Below are positions 49,401 to 57,664 of a DNA stretch of 64,000 nucleotides, piece after piece; position 1 is the first letter of the stretch; the number at the start of each line of letters is the position of its first letter. The translations under genes and the position numbers were made by a program. The notes below the pieces were generated by a model that was given only the letters and a program-made list of their open reading frames with translations, searched no databases and was not told the DNA's origin. The stretch is taken from assembly GCA_017408585.1 (NCBI GenBank), contig JAFQUJ010000004.1:12662-76661 (forward strand). Reading direction: 5' to 3'. Source of the DNA: Clostridia bacterium (GTDB lineage Bacteria > Bacillota > Clostridia > Oscillospirales > CAG-272).

Positions 49401-49636
49401 TAAGCATTGTGGGCTTTACAACTGATGCACACAGAGCACTTGACCTCGTAATTAGCGCATACATTGTAGCAGATATTGATGGTGACGGAGCAGAGGAAAT
49501 CTCGTATATTCAATATACACTACCACAAAATAACGCACAGGACACCTTTGGTTCAAGCGTGCTTAATATCGTAAGCATTGACAGAGCGTGCCCGGCCCCT
49601 GTGGTATCTGCTTCTTACACAGGCAAAGAGGACTAA
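46481..49636 (+). CDS. large secreted protein with BspA-type leucine-rich repeats and Cys-rich modules
   Basis: 1051 aa. Signal peptide (…VLSVSAAT). Two blocks of LRR_5-like repeats (IPSTVTYGGEVYNVKTVAPFAF…; IYIPDTVTRIAGGSGVGCF…) separated and followed by CxxC-rich segments. Confidence 0.7.
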   Translation: MKKLITMLAMCIILCCALVLSVSAATSVTDDGSNVTLGDCTIANLDGVTIPSPTRGLAYSLDDETMTATVTGRGSFAGGDLVIPSTVTYGGEVYNVKTVAPFAFNGSNGGWLTYNIYVPDCVTRLGGGGSQGCFGNSNLRDVYIGSGLTELEQEVFSGSRGVTSFVLKSKITKVGVYAFNSLTKGSDPFKAFELDLSNVTRFEKLAFNGATFISGIDFEFSPNIEYIGDEAFISSKISGTIIIPEDVALGSRCFNGTSFDLVVINVKEGTVRELPKELFSGASSGLKVAITGRATTNSTHVLSGNSMSIYMQTKAQIEELVTAISKQTGSDRLDNSVTYYACNDGLSFTSTTSGVLSEGQTASVHCWTAETVVREANCTYARREAYICYACGDEDIISQGTELGNHIFETYTKAPTCQSVGYTEYDCTVCDLQEVGAFVDKTAHSNTVVIYGAVNGSTLEVSYYCEYCNTLDRTENVSLVNKCYIEGYGLFDATLEYVSVDANGVATPSGATFDNAVIYFPSYVQVGDEIVEVKTVQGFKAKSIKSIYIPDTVTRIAGGSGVGCFGDCYDLKNIVVGKGVTKIEREAFCMGKAITVDEFIFKGTITEIHFKGLNAVKQASTEIPYEFKTYLSYVGAYANLGGSIIREAHIAKGCDLSEKFAFNDSNALVTVYIEGGDTPETALDLGQEFTSNTSTQYYYIKGYVTVSGRAVLSGLNNTRIFMESVDAVDVFANAIKKQDFAYRMDNATFLDCKTQKTWLIKSDADRAEHTVTFFHGGVITEAEASCTQGAIFVERCFICGATVSQEVGEPLEHQVDGGVITVMPNCRDTGKIIYTCIDCGESEEREIFRDYSTHDYKVYLVYAQGLDKAGNRSTKCTICDDMTSSETTLPIIVALGYSVRDPNGARDGLDGGYTINNELLNEYERLNGKVRLGIIIANANEAKAIGLVGEGFKVLGAKALQVELESREYSSFNLSIVGFTTDAHRALDLVISAYIVADIDGDGAEEISYIQYTLPQNNAQDTFGSSVLNIVSIDRACPAPVVSASYTGKED

Positions 49637-49643
49637 AACAATA

Positions 49644-49673
49644 AAAGAGCTTCATTTTGAAGCTCTTTTTTTG
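49644..49673 (+). terminator. rho-independent terminator of the LRR protein gene
   Basis: aaagagcttc-atttt-gaagctcttt followed by a T-run. Confidence 0.8.
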
Positions 49674-49712
49674 TTTTCTTTTGCGCCTTAAAAATAAAAT
49701 TTATAATATATA

Positions 49713-49746
49713 TTTACTTTTTATCTATTTTATGCTAGAATATAAT
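49713..49746 (+). promoter_or_regulatory. candidate promoter of the hydrogenase-like/TIR/asparaginase operon
   Basis: TTTACT 49713-49718, 17-nt spacer ending TGC, TAGAAT 49736-49741. An overlapping TATAAT lies at 49741-49746. Confidence 0.55.
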
Positions 49747-49778
49747 TTGAATAAGACTGTTTTGGGGAAGAGGATTAT

Positions 49779-51206
49779 ATGAGGGAGAAAAGAAGGTTTG
49801 ACACAGAGGTTCAATATGTAAAATATAAGGTGCTAAAGGAGGTCGCTCGCAGAAAGTGGGACAACACTCTGCTTGAAACGATTTTTGACATTCCCAAAAT
49901 TATAGTTTCGGGTAATACGCCAAGCGCCAGATGCTGTGTTTACAAGGAAAGAGCAATAGTTGAGGAGCGAATAAGAATGGCGATGGGTGGCGACAAGTCC
50001 AACCCTAATGTTATCGAGGTAATCGGTATCGCCTGTGACGAGTGTCCCGCAGGTGGATACGAGGTTGGAAGCGCTTGCCGTGGCTGTCTTGCTCACAACT
50101 GTGAATATGTTTGCAAGTTTGGCGCGCTCACCTTCGACGAGAACCATGTTGCGCACATTGATAAATCAAAATGCGTTGAGTGCGGTCAATGCTCACGAGT
50201 TTGCCCCTATGGCGCTATAACTCACCGTACACGCCCTTGCGAGAAGGCGTGTAAAATCAAGGCGATTTACGCAGGTGGTGAAACTAAGGAGGCAAAAATC
50301 GACAATACAACCTGTATTGCGTGTGGAAACTGCGTTTACCATTGTCCGTGGGGCGCAATTTCCGATAAATCCTATATTTGTGATGTAATCGATATGCTAA
50401 AGAGCGCTAAGCGTGAGGGCTACAATGTTTACGCAGTTGTCGCTCCGTCAATTCTCACACAGTTTGCTTACGCAAAGCCGGGACAGGTGATTGCGGGAAT
50501 TAAGGCGCTCGGCTTTACCGATGTTATCGAGGCTGCGCTAGGCGCTGATATGGTTGCAGACGAGGAGTCAAGGGAGCTGGTTGAAAAGGGCTCGCTTATC
50601 AGCTCGTGCTGTCCTGCGTTTGTTTCGCATGTTGAAAAGCAATTCCCCGAGCTTTTACCGCTTGTTTCAAGCACGCTCTCACCCATGGCATCAATTTGTA
50701 GGTTCTTCAAGCTACGAGAGCCAAGCGCGAAATTCGTCTTTATCGGCCCTTGTACTGCGAAAAAGCTCGAATTCCAAAAGGAAGGCGTGCGCGAGTTTGT
50801 CGATAGTGTTATCACCTTTGAGGAGCTTCAAGCGCTATTTGGAAGCCGTGACATAGACATAACCGTGTTTAACGAGGAGCAAACCATCGGCGCTAGCCAC
50901 TTTGGACGCAACTTTGCACGCTGTGGTGGTCTTGCCGATGCAGTAAGAGAGGGCATTTGCGAGCATGGCGAGAACGAGTTCTTCGAGCTTAAAAGCGTTT
51001 CGTGTAACGGAATTGAGCAATGCGTTAGCGCACTTATCAAAATGAAATATGGCAAGCTTGATGTCAACTTCATTGAGGGCATGGCGTGCGTCGGTGGCTG
51101 TGTTGGAGGCGCAGGCTGTCCTGTTCACACAACCGATAAGCCACAAAGCGCATCGGGTAACGATGACGAAATTACAAGCATTTTAGAGTCAATCAAAAGA
51201 TTTTAG
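49779..51206 (+). CDS. [FeFe]-hydrogenase-like protein (two 4Fe-4S ferredoxin motifs plus H-cluster domain)
   Basis: CVECGQCSRVCP and CIACGNCVYHCP ferredoxin motifs. H-cluster-like motifs SSCCPAF (L1), GPCTAKKLE (L2) and EGMACVGGCVGGAGCP (L3). Confidence 0.8.
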   Translation: MREKRRFDTEVQYVKYKVLKEVARRKWDNTLLETIFDIPKIIVSGNTPSARCCVYKERAIVEERIRMAMGGDKSNPNVIEVIGIACDECPAGGYEVGSACRGCLAHNCEYVCKFGALTFDENHVAHIDKSKCVECGQCSRVCPYGAITHRTRPCEKACKIKAIYAGGETKEAKIDNTTCIACGNCVYHCPWGAISDKSYICDVIDMLKSAKREGYNVYAVVAPSILTQFAYAKPGQVIAGIKALGFTDVIEAALGADMVADEESRELVEKGSLISSCCPAFVSHVEKQFPELLPLVSSTLSPMASICRFFKLREPSAKFVFIGPCTAKKLEFQKEGVREFVDSVITFEELQALFGSRDIDITVFNEEQTIGASHFGRNFARCGGLADAVREGICEHGENEFFELKSVSCNGIEQCVSALIKMKYGKLDVNFIEGMACVGGCVGGAGCPVHTTDKPQSASGNDDEITSILESIKRF

Positions 51207-51231
51207 GTCTTAGGACTAAAAGGAGAATAAA

Positions 51232-52215
51232 ATGAGCAAAATATTTATTAGCTACTCACACAGAAACGAGGATGTTGCAAAGGAGATTGTCGCCTTCCTT
51301 GAAAAAAACGGAAGTCGTTGCTACATTGACTACCGTGATATCGACCCCGGTAAAAACTACGCCTCTCAGCTCACCAGAGCCATAGGCGATTGCGACCATG
51401 TTGTGCTTATCGCATCAAGCGCCATGAATGGCTCAAGCTATATGCTTAACGAGCTTGATATTATCGTGGAAAAGAACAAGCACCTAGTTCCGTTCTTTAT
51501 CGAGGAATTTGAGATGGATGACGATTTTCGCTTCTATCTTGGTAGGGCGCAGAGAATTATCGCATACCCCGACAAGCCAAGCACATATTTTACAAGGCTT
51601 GCAAGAGCGCTTAATATTGAGGTGAGCGCTGAAAGAGCGCCCGAAAGAGCAGAGACTCTCCCCTCTAACACCAAAAAGATTTTTGACTACATACCTGCTC
51701 GTGGAATTATGATAAACCCCGAGGACAGGGAAAGAAATGTATCGTTCCGCACAGACACCTTTATCAATCTTCTTGGCGGAATTTACGATAAGGTTAATGC
51801 GCTCAACAGCGACGAGCAGGCGCGCGAGATTTTCCATAGCTCAGGCTATGCAAGCGGAAAATCGTTCGCTCAAAGGCTAAATTCTCAATGGGATATGCTT
51901 TCCGACAGCGCACCCGACTATGCTGAAAAGCTCAAAAAATGGTGCGATTTCGACTCCGATGTGGGTTGGGGAAGATTTAGCAGTGAAATCGAAATTAACG
52001 AGGAAACGGGCGAGTTCAAGGGAACTCTTAAAATTAACGAAAGCTTCATCGTTGACAGGCGAGGAGGCAGACCTGTGTGCGAGTTTGTGCGTGGATATTG
52101 CGAGGGCGTAATCGAAACACTACTTAACGCAGGCGTCGAGCTAAAATGCGTAAAATGCCCACTCAAAAACAGATTTAGTAGCGTTTGCGAGTTTGAAATC
52201 GTCCTAGTTGACTAA
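51232..52215 (+). CDS. TIR domain protein fused to a C-terminal V4R-like ligand-binding domain
   Basis: N-terminus MSKIFISYSHRNEDVAKEIVAFLEKNG…IASSAMNGSSYMLNELD resembles the TIR_2 pattern, with a candidate catalytic Glu in NELD. The C-terminus …GWGRF…RPVCEFVRGYCEGVIETLLNAGVELKCVKCPLKNRFSSVCEFEIV matches the V4R consensus (pvC.f..Gy..Gv…C…C.Fei). Confidence 0.72.
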   Translation: MSKIFISYSHRNEDVAKEIVAFLEKNGSRCYIDYRDIDPGKNYASQLTRAIGDCDHVVLIASSAMNGSSYMLNELDIIVEKNKHLVPFFIEEFEMDDDFRFYLGRAQRIIAYPDKPSTYFTRLARALNIEVSAERAPERAETLPSNTKKIFDYIPARGIMINPEDRERNVSFRTDTFINLLGGIYDKVNALNSDEQAREIFHSSGYASGKSFAQRLNSQWDMLSDSAPDYAEKLKKWCDFDSDVGWGRFSSEIEINEETGEFKGTLKINESFIVDRRGGRPVCEFVRGYCEGVIETLLNAGVELKCVKCPLKNRFSSVCEFEIVLVD

Positions 52216-52237
52216 AAATACCTAAAAAGAGGATAAT

Positions 52238-53233
52238 ATGAAGATACTATTTGCTTTTACAGGCGGAACTATCGGCTCAACCCTTTCGGGCGAAACAATC
52301 AGCACCGATAGCTCTAAGCCATACAAAATTATAGATGCGTACAGAGAGGCGTTTGGCATCGATTTCGACTACGATACCGTAGAGCCATATAACGAGCTGA
52401 GCGAGAACAGCACAGGCGACCATTTGAGAGCACTCTGTGATTGTGTTTGCGAGAAAATCAATCTTGGCTATGATGGAATTATCGTAACTCATGGCACAGA
52501 TACCCTTCAATATAGCGCGTCGGCGATTGCCTACTCAATAGGACTCAGCGACACCCCTGTGTGCGTGGTTTCGAGCAATTTTCCAATCGAGGATCCTCGC
52601 TCAAACGCGCTTGCAAACCTAAGAGGCGCAGTTGCTCTGATTAAGAACGCAAGGGGGCTTGGCGCTCGCGGTGCGTTCGTTTCCTATCGAAACCCCGACA
52701 ACACAACAAAAATTTACAGGGCAACTCATTTGCTCGAATCAAAGCCATTTACCGACGAGGTTTGTACTGCGTATGACGCTTATTTTGCGCTTGTCGATGG
52801 TGATAAAATAATAAAAAATCCCGCCCTTTGTGAAATAGAGGACGAGATTGAGCCTATAAAGCCAAGTGGGCTAACAAGGGATTGTGGTGGAATTTTGGTG
52901 CTTGCGCCATATGTTGGAATGACCTATCCACCGTGTCTTGATGGCATAACGCATATAATTTTAAATTCGTACCATTCCGGCACGATTAACACAAAAAGCC
53001 CCGAGGCTGTGTCGTTTTTTGCACACGCAAGAGAAAAGGGCGTAAAGGTTTATTTGACGGGTGCTATGGCAGGGCCGGAGTACGAGAGTGCGACTCTGTT
53101 TGAGAAGCTGGGAATTATACCCATTCGCAATATTTCACCAATTAGCGCATACATTAAGCTATGGATGCTTTTATGCGCGGGCAGAGGCGAGGGTGAAATG
53201 ATGCGCTCACTCTCATGCGACATCGCTCGCTAA
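52238..53233 (+). CDS. L-asparaginase family (type I-like) protein
   Basis: FAFTGGTIGS (catalytic Thr motif), THGTDTL and a later …SYHSGT… Starts 22 nt after the TIR gene. Confidence 0.78.
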   Translation: MKILFAFTGGTIGSTLSGETISTDSSKPYKIIDAYREAFGIDFDYDTVEPYNELSENSTGDHLRALCDCVCEKINLGYDGIIVTHGTDTLQYSASAIAYSIGLSDTPVCVVSSNFPIEDPRSNALANLRGAVALIKNARGLGARGAFVSYRNPDNTTKIYRATHLLESKPFTDEVCTAYDAYFALVDGDKIIKNPALCEIEDEIEPIKPSGLTRDCGGILVLAPYVGMTYPPCLDGITHIILNSYHSGTINTKSPEAVSFFAHAREKGVKVYLTGAMAGPEYESATLFEKLGIIPIRNISPISAYIKLWMLLCAGRGEGEMMRSLSCDIAR

Positions 53234-53250
53234 ATCAAAAGAAAAAGAAA

Positions 53251-53277
53251 AATCGGCAAGCGTCAGCTTGCCGATTT
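53251..53277. terminator. terminator hairpin shared by tRNA-Thr (minus strand) and the asparaginase operon (plus strand)
   Basis: 11-bp stem aatcggcaagc-gtca-gcttgccgatt. A strong T-run follows on the minus strand; only TT follows on the plus strand. Confidence 0.75.
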
Positions 53278-53353
53278 TGGAGCTACTAATCGGAATCGAA
53301 CCGATGACCTCATCCTTACCAAGGATGTGCTCTACCAACTGAGCCATAGTAGC
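53278..53353 (-). tRNA. tRNA-Thr (anticodon GGU)
   Basis: The reverse complement GCTACTA-TG-GCTC-AGTTGGTA-GAGC-A-CATCC-TTGGTAA-GGATG-AGGTC-ATCGG-TTCGATT-CCGAT-TAGTAGC-T-CCA folds into a perfect cloverleaf. Encoded CCA. Own promoter and terminator. Confidence 0.95.
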
Positions 53354-53366
53354 ATTTGCGTAGGTT

Positions 53367-53395
53367 ATTTTATCACAATTATTTCGCTTTGTCAA
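53367..53395 (-). promoter_or_regulatory. promoter of tRNA-Thr
   Basis: On the minus strand: TTGACA (53395-53390), 17-nt spacer ending TGA, TAAAAT (53372-53367). The tRNA 5' end lies about 14 nt downstream. Confidence 0.7.
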
Positions 53396-53416
53396 GAGGT
53401 TTTCTTACTTTTCTCT

Positions 53417-53456
53417 GCTTTTCTTTGCTGAAAAGAAAAGCTTGGCAAAAGAAAAG
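53417..53456 (-). repeat. Y-Y-R triad element in reverse orientation
   Basis: GCTTTTCTTT-gctg-AAAAGAAAAGC-ttggc-AAAAGAAAAG, between the tRNA-Thr promoter and the radical SAM gene. Confidence 0.75.
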
Positions 53457-53513
53457 AGAAAAATAAATAATAAAATTTGAAGCCTTGCGACGCAATTTAC
53501 ATAAGGAGAAAAT

Positions 53514-54503
53514 ATGTCACAGGTAAATGAGAATCCGTTTGTGTATAGCGACACGAACAAAAGATATCATACATACGATTACTATTTAAGACACACCTTT
53601 GGCGAAAAGTGCGCTAAGGTGACCTTAGACGCAGGGCTTACTTGCCCTAACATAGACGGTACTTGCTCGTATGGTGGCTGTATATATTGCGCCGGTGGAA
53701 GTGGGGCAAGAACAATAGATAAGCGCCAATCGCTTAGCGAGCAATACAATAGCCAACGAGCTATAATGCTAAAAAAATGGAGCAATATAACTAAGTTTAT
53801 ACCATATCTTCAAGCATATACAAACACGCACACCACCCCCGAGAACCTTGTTCGTATTTTAGACGAGGTAAGGGCGCTTGACGGGGCGGTCATGATAGAT
53901 ATTGCCACAAGGGCTGATTGTCTTGAAAACGAGAAAATCGACATACTAGCCACCCTATCGGAGCAAATTCCACTCACCATAGAGCTGGGGCTTCAAAGTA
54001 GCGATGACGATACCGCAAGGCTGATAAATCGAGGACACACCCTTGACACCTTCATTGATGCGTTTTCGAGAATAAGGGAGCGCGCGCCGAGGGTGAAAAT
54101 CGCTGTTCATATAATCAATGGCTTGCCACGCGAAAATAGAGAGAAAATGCTCAAAACCGCACACACAGTCGCCGATTTGGGCGCAGATATAATCAAAATT
54201 CACCTTCTCCATGTCATAGAGGGAACGCCACTTGCCACCATGTATAAAAGGGGAGAGTACGAGCCACTCACCCTTGAGGAATATGTTAGCATAGTGTGCG
54301 ACCAAATAGAAATTCTTCCAAGCGAAATGGTCATAGAGCGATTGACGGGCGACGCAGAGAGAAGCGAGCTTCTAGCTCCCGAATGGAGCTTAAAAAAGAC
54401 CGTCGTCATAAACGAAATCGACAAGGAGCTATACCGTAGAGGAACATATCAAGGAGCGATGCTACGCAAGTGCGGACCGGGGACGCCCCCGGAGGCGAAC
54501 TAA
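53514..54503 (+). CDS. TIGR01212-family radical SAM protein
   Basis: N-terminus …RYHTYDYYLRHTFGEKCAKVTLDAGLTCPNIDGTCSYGGCIYC is characteristic of TIGR01212 (YhcC-like). The last 14 codons or so (MLRKCGPGTPPEAN) are encoded by a dispersed repeat module. Confidence 0.85.
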   Translation: MSQVNENPFVYSDTNKRYHTYDYYLRHTFGEKCAKVTLDAGLTCPNIDGTCSYGGCIYCAGGSGARTIDKRQSLSEQYNSQRAIMLKKWSNITKFIPYLQAYTNTHTTPENLVRILDEVRALDGAVMIDIATRADCLENEKIDILATLSEQIPLTIELGLQSSDDDTARLINRGHTLDTFIDAFSRIRERAPRVKIAVHIINGLPRENREKMLKTAHTVADLGADIIKIHLLHVIEGTPLATMYKRGEYEPLTLEEYVSIVCDQIEILPSEMVIERLTGDAERSELLAPEWSLKKTVVINEIDKELYRRGTYQGAMLRKCGPGTPPEAN

Positions 54504-54783
54504 TTAAATCGAAATTTGGCTCTCGACCCGCGTCGAGTGAGGAATGAATTGTGCCTTTGGCACATGAATTGCAACTGCGTTGCATGAATTGAACGCAAGC
54601 GTTCATGATTTGCTCCTACGGAGCATTAATGCACACAGGGTGTGCATATAGGTCGATATGTCCTAACGGACTCGATATGTTGCTAGCGCAACTCGATATG
54701 CACTTCGTGCTCGATATGCTCCTACGGAGCGTTTTGTTCGCCCACAGGGGCTCCCTGTTGGCTCTCGACCCGCGTCGAGTGTG
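54461..54783. repeat. composite repeat: GC-hairpin module, CATGAAT array, ATATCGAG array (inverted), partial GC module
   Basis: 54461-54640 is nearly identical to 6415-6595. 54650-54725 carries ctcgatat-linked hairpins. 54755-54783 is …ggctctcgacccgcgtcgagtg. Confidence 0.9.
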
Positions 54784-55557
54784 TCAATTTAGGGTGATGC
54801 GCAACGCCGGTACGACTCCGACATCGTCGCTTTTTACATAGAAAAGGTCGCCACCGTTTGCGTAGCCGTCGGGGTTGACGCCTCTTGTGTCAAGTCTATA
54901 TGCTTGATAGGGGGAGCGCAGCCACCACCAGCCATTTCCCAAAAGGTTGCTCTCCGTGCATACACGCACGCCTGCCCCTCTTGCGTAGTCACTTGTTGTC
55001 ATTTGTCGGTGTGTGTCATGCGTTAAATAGCTACCATCGAAGCCATATGATAGACGAGTTATCTCGCTTTGGCTTAGCAAGAATATTTTATCGCTTGTGT
55101 CCTCGCAGATAAAATCGCAACTCAGGTAGCCTGTGCTCTCTAAGCTGTTATCTACTAGTGTATCAATTATTTTGCCTTTTTGAAAATCGTCAAAGGCGAT
55201 ATTGTATAGCTCGTCATTGAGCCATTTTCTTATCTCGCTGTCGGCATAATTGCTTGATTTTGCGTCAAAGCGATGATTTGCGATAATGCTATCACAAAGC
55301 AAGAGCGCTATATCGCCCTCACAAAAAAGAATTCTCCATCTAATCGGCTCAACCTTAAAGAAGTAGGCTGCGCCCTTTTCCACAGGCTTACCGTTTGAAA
55401 AGGTGTAGCCCTCGACAAAGGGCTTAGCGACAACCCTTGAATACCATGCGCCATCGCTACCTAAAAGGTAGCCTTTTTCATTTGTGGTGTTGGAAATTTC
55501 CACGCCATCAGCCTTTATTGCTTGTGGATATTCGCCAAAAAACACTTTATTTTCCAT
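54784..55557 (-). CDS. DUF6273-like protein
   Basis: 257 aa. FGEYPQ…EPIRWRIL…IRKWLN…WWLRSP…VVPALRI motifs recall DUF6273. No signal peptide seen. Confidence 0.5.
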   Translation of the reverse strand: MENKVFFGEYPQAIKADGVEISNTTNEKGYLLGSDGAWYSRVVAKPFVEGYTFSNGKPVEKGAAYFFKVEPIRWRILFCEGDIALLLCDSIIANHRFDAKSSNYADSEIRKWLNDELYNIAFDDFQKGKIIDTLVDNSLESTGYLSCDFICEDTSDKIFLLSQSEITRLSYGFDGSYLTHDTHRQMTTSDYARGAGVRVCTESNLLGNGWWWLRSPYQAYRLDTRGVNPDGYANGGDLFYVKSDDVGVVPALRITLN

Positions 55558-55618
55558 ATTCGCTCCTTATTTTATCTCGTTAGCCAATTCACGAACGCTT
55601 GCGTTCAACTTGTGCCGA

Positions 55619-57496
55619 TTACTTGATTTTATCAAGCGTCATGCGATACGATTGTCTTAGTCCCCACGCGCAAAGCTCAACACCACTCTCGTCAAGCTCG
55701 CTTGATGTCATTACCACATTGTCAAGGCACATAGCCCCGTGACGCTCTGTTTTGGTAATTGAATAGGCGCTCTTGCCATCAGTTATAGGGAACACTATCG
55801 TGTTGTCCTGATGATACTTGTCGGTGAAGGCAAAAATTCTAATTTTGTCAAAGCTCTTGTCGTTAAATTGGAGAATTGTAAGAGTTGGAGTGTTGCAAAG
55901 AATATGACATTCGCTATCCTGCCAAAGCTCACGCTCCGCCTTGTAAGCACAAATAAAATCGCCAAGAGCGCCAAGCGTTGTGTCGCTTACCTGTGTCAAA
56001 TCACAGCTGACGCCAATAGGGCCACCGCAAAGAGCATTTTTGATAAATTCGAGATTTGCCTCTTCAAGACGGAACCAGCTACAATCTGCGCTAAGCAAAA
56101 TTCGCTCCTCGGTGCTTCCAACGGGGTATGATGGGGTAAAGCCCTCAAGGGAGCGAATAGTCGCCCACTTTTCCAAAATGGAGCAGGGCATACGAACAAG
56201 AGTTGACTTGAAAATATCAAGCTGTTCGTAAATTCCGTGATTGTCGCTTGCCCAAAAGCTATCAAAATAGGGAACGAGCGACATTGACATACGCCCACCA
56301 CCACTAGCACAGCATTGAAGATGAATGCCGGGATATTCACGCTTGATGCGAGAGAGAAACTCGATAAAGCCACGATAAAAATCAATAAACGCATGACGAG
56401 TGCTATCAAAGCGAAGTGGCGCATTAAGGTCGAACTTTATAAGCTCAACACCATACTTGTCAATGCAAGCCTTCAGCTTGGCGTAAATGTAATCGACGGC
56501 CTCGCTCGACGCAAAGTTTATGTATGCGTGCTGTCCCGACGGAATGATATAATGCTCGCTATGCTCACAAATGCTCCTTGAAAATTTCGAGGAGCGCTCA
56601 ATTTCAAACCAAAGCCCAAATTTTAGACCAAATTCGCGCACCTGTGTCGCAAATTCGCTAAGCCTGCCACACATTCCGCAGTCCTCGGGCTCAACCCAAT
56701 CGCCAACAACATCCCACCATTTTTGCGTTTCGCCAAACCAGCCGGCATCAACTGTAAAGTATTCACAGCCAATCGCACTAGCTCTCTTTAATTGCTCCAT
56801 GAGCGAGTCATAGCTCATGAGGTCAAAGTGGCTCATCCAAGAGTTGTAGATTATCGGCAGAGGCTTTTTATATAGCTCGTTTGAATACCTGTGAAGCTTG
56901 TAGGCGTCAAGGTCGAGCTTGCTTTTAAAGGTGTAAAATAGCGTATCGGGAAGCCTTAGCTCCTCGTTTGGTGCGAGGGTGTAGCTGAAATTGTCGCTTT
57001 TTATGCCCATTTCTACACGCACAAGCCTAGGGCCGAGAAACTCAGCGTCACGGCATACGCGATATTCAAACATTGACTCAGCCATGAGGTGAAATACAAG
57101 ACCGCGCTGATTTTGTGTGTTGTAAAGAGCGACAAAGGGGTTTACATCCTGATTTGTGCGAATTTCGTCGCTTTGACCATACACACCCGTGACAAGAGGC
57201 GCCCATGCGCCCTGCCCCTCGCTTATGTGCTCGTTATACTGTGTATATACCTCGTATTCACCACCATTTATGGTGAATTTCGATAGAACTGTCGTTATTG
57301 TGACGGGGTGGTCGCTTATGTTTTTTATCGTGTCGGAGCGTCTGTTTACCCCCGAGGAGTGTTTGAAAAACGAGGATTTGATAAAAAATATATCGTTTTG
57401 GAACTCGTATCCGTCCTCGCACCTTGTCGGTGCACCCTCGACCTCGGCAAAATCTCCGTAAATTGTAAATAAATCTCGAATATCTGTTACTATCAT
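55619..57496 (-). CDS. alpha-galactosidase (GH36-like)
   Basis: 625 aa. …YNSWMSHFDLMSYDSL…FTVDAGWFG…FGLWFEIE…IKFDLN…CASGGGR… are GH36 catalytic-domain motifs. Confidence 0.82.
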   Translation of the reverse strand: MIVTDIRDLFTIYGDFAEVEGAPTRCEDGYEFQNDIFFIKSSFFKHSSGVNRRSDTIKNISDHPVTITTVLSKFTINGGEYEVYTQYNEHISEGQGAWAPLVTGVYGQSDEIRTNQDVNPFVALYNTQNQRGLVFHLMAESMFEYRVCRDAEFLGPRLVRVEMGIKSDNFSYTLAPNEELRLPDTLFYTFKSKLDLDAYKLHRYSNELYKKPLPIIYNSWMSHFDLMSYDSLMEQLKRASAIGCEYFTVDAGWFGETQKWWDVVGDWVEPEDCGMCGRLSEFATQVREFGLKFGLWFEIERSSKFSRSICEHSEHYIIPSGQHAYINFASSEAVDYIYAKLKACIDKYGVELIKFDLNAPLRFDSTRHAFIDFYRGFIEFLSRIKREYPGIHLQCCASGGGRMSMSLVPYFDSFWASDNHGIYEQLDIFKSTLVRMPCSILEKWATIRSLEGFTPSYPVGSTEERILLSADCSWFRLEEANLEFIKNALCGGPIGVSCDLTQVSDTTLGALGDFICAYKAERELWQDSECHILCNTPTLTILQFNDKSFDKIRIFAFTDKYHQDNTIVFPITDGKSAYSITKTERHGAMCLDNVVMTSSELDESGVELCAWGLRQSYRMTLDKIK

Positions 57497-57601
57497 TTTG
57501 TTCTCCTTGTTCGCGCCTAATGGCGCACAATATTTATAAGGCTATTTTATCATATATGTATAAGGAAATCAAGAAAACCGTCTTAACTTTTTCTTTAAAT
57601 A

Positions 57602-57630
57602 TTGAAAATTGCGCTACGGTGTGATATTAT
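57602..57630 (+). promoter_or_regulatory. candidate promoter of the HAD hydrolase operon
   Basis: TTGAAA 57602-57607, 17-nt spacer ending TGA, TATTAT 57625-57630. Confidence 0.65.
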
Positions 57631-57664
57631 ATTATAGAACGCAAACACAGAATAGAGGATTTTT

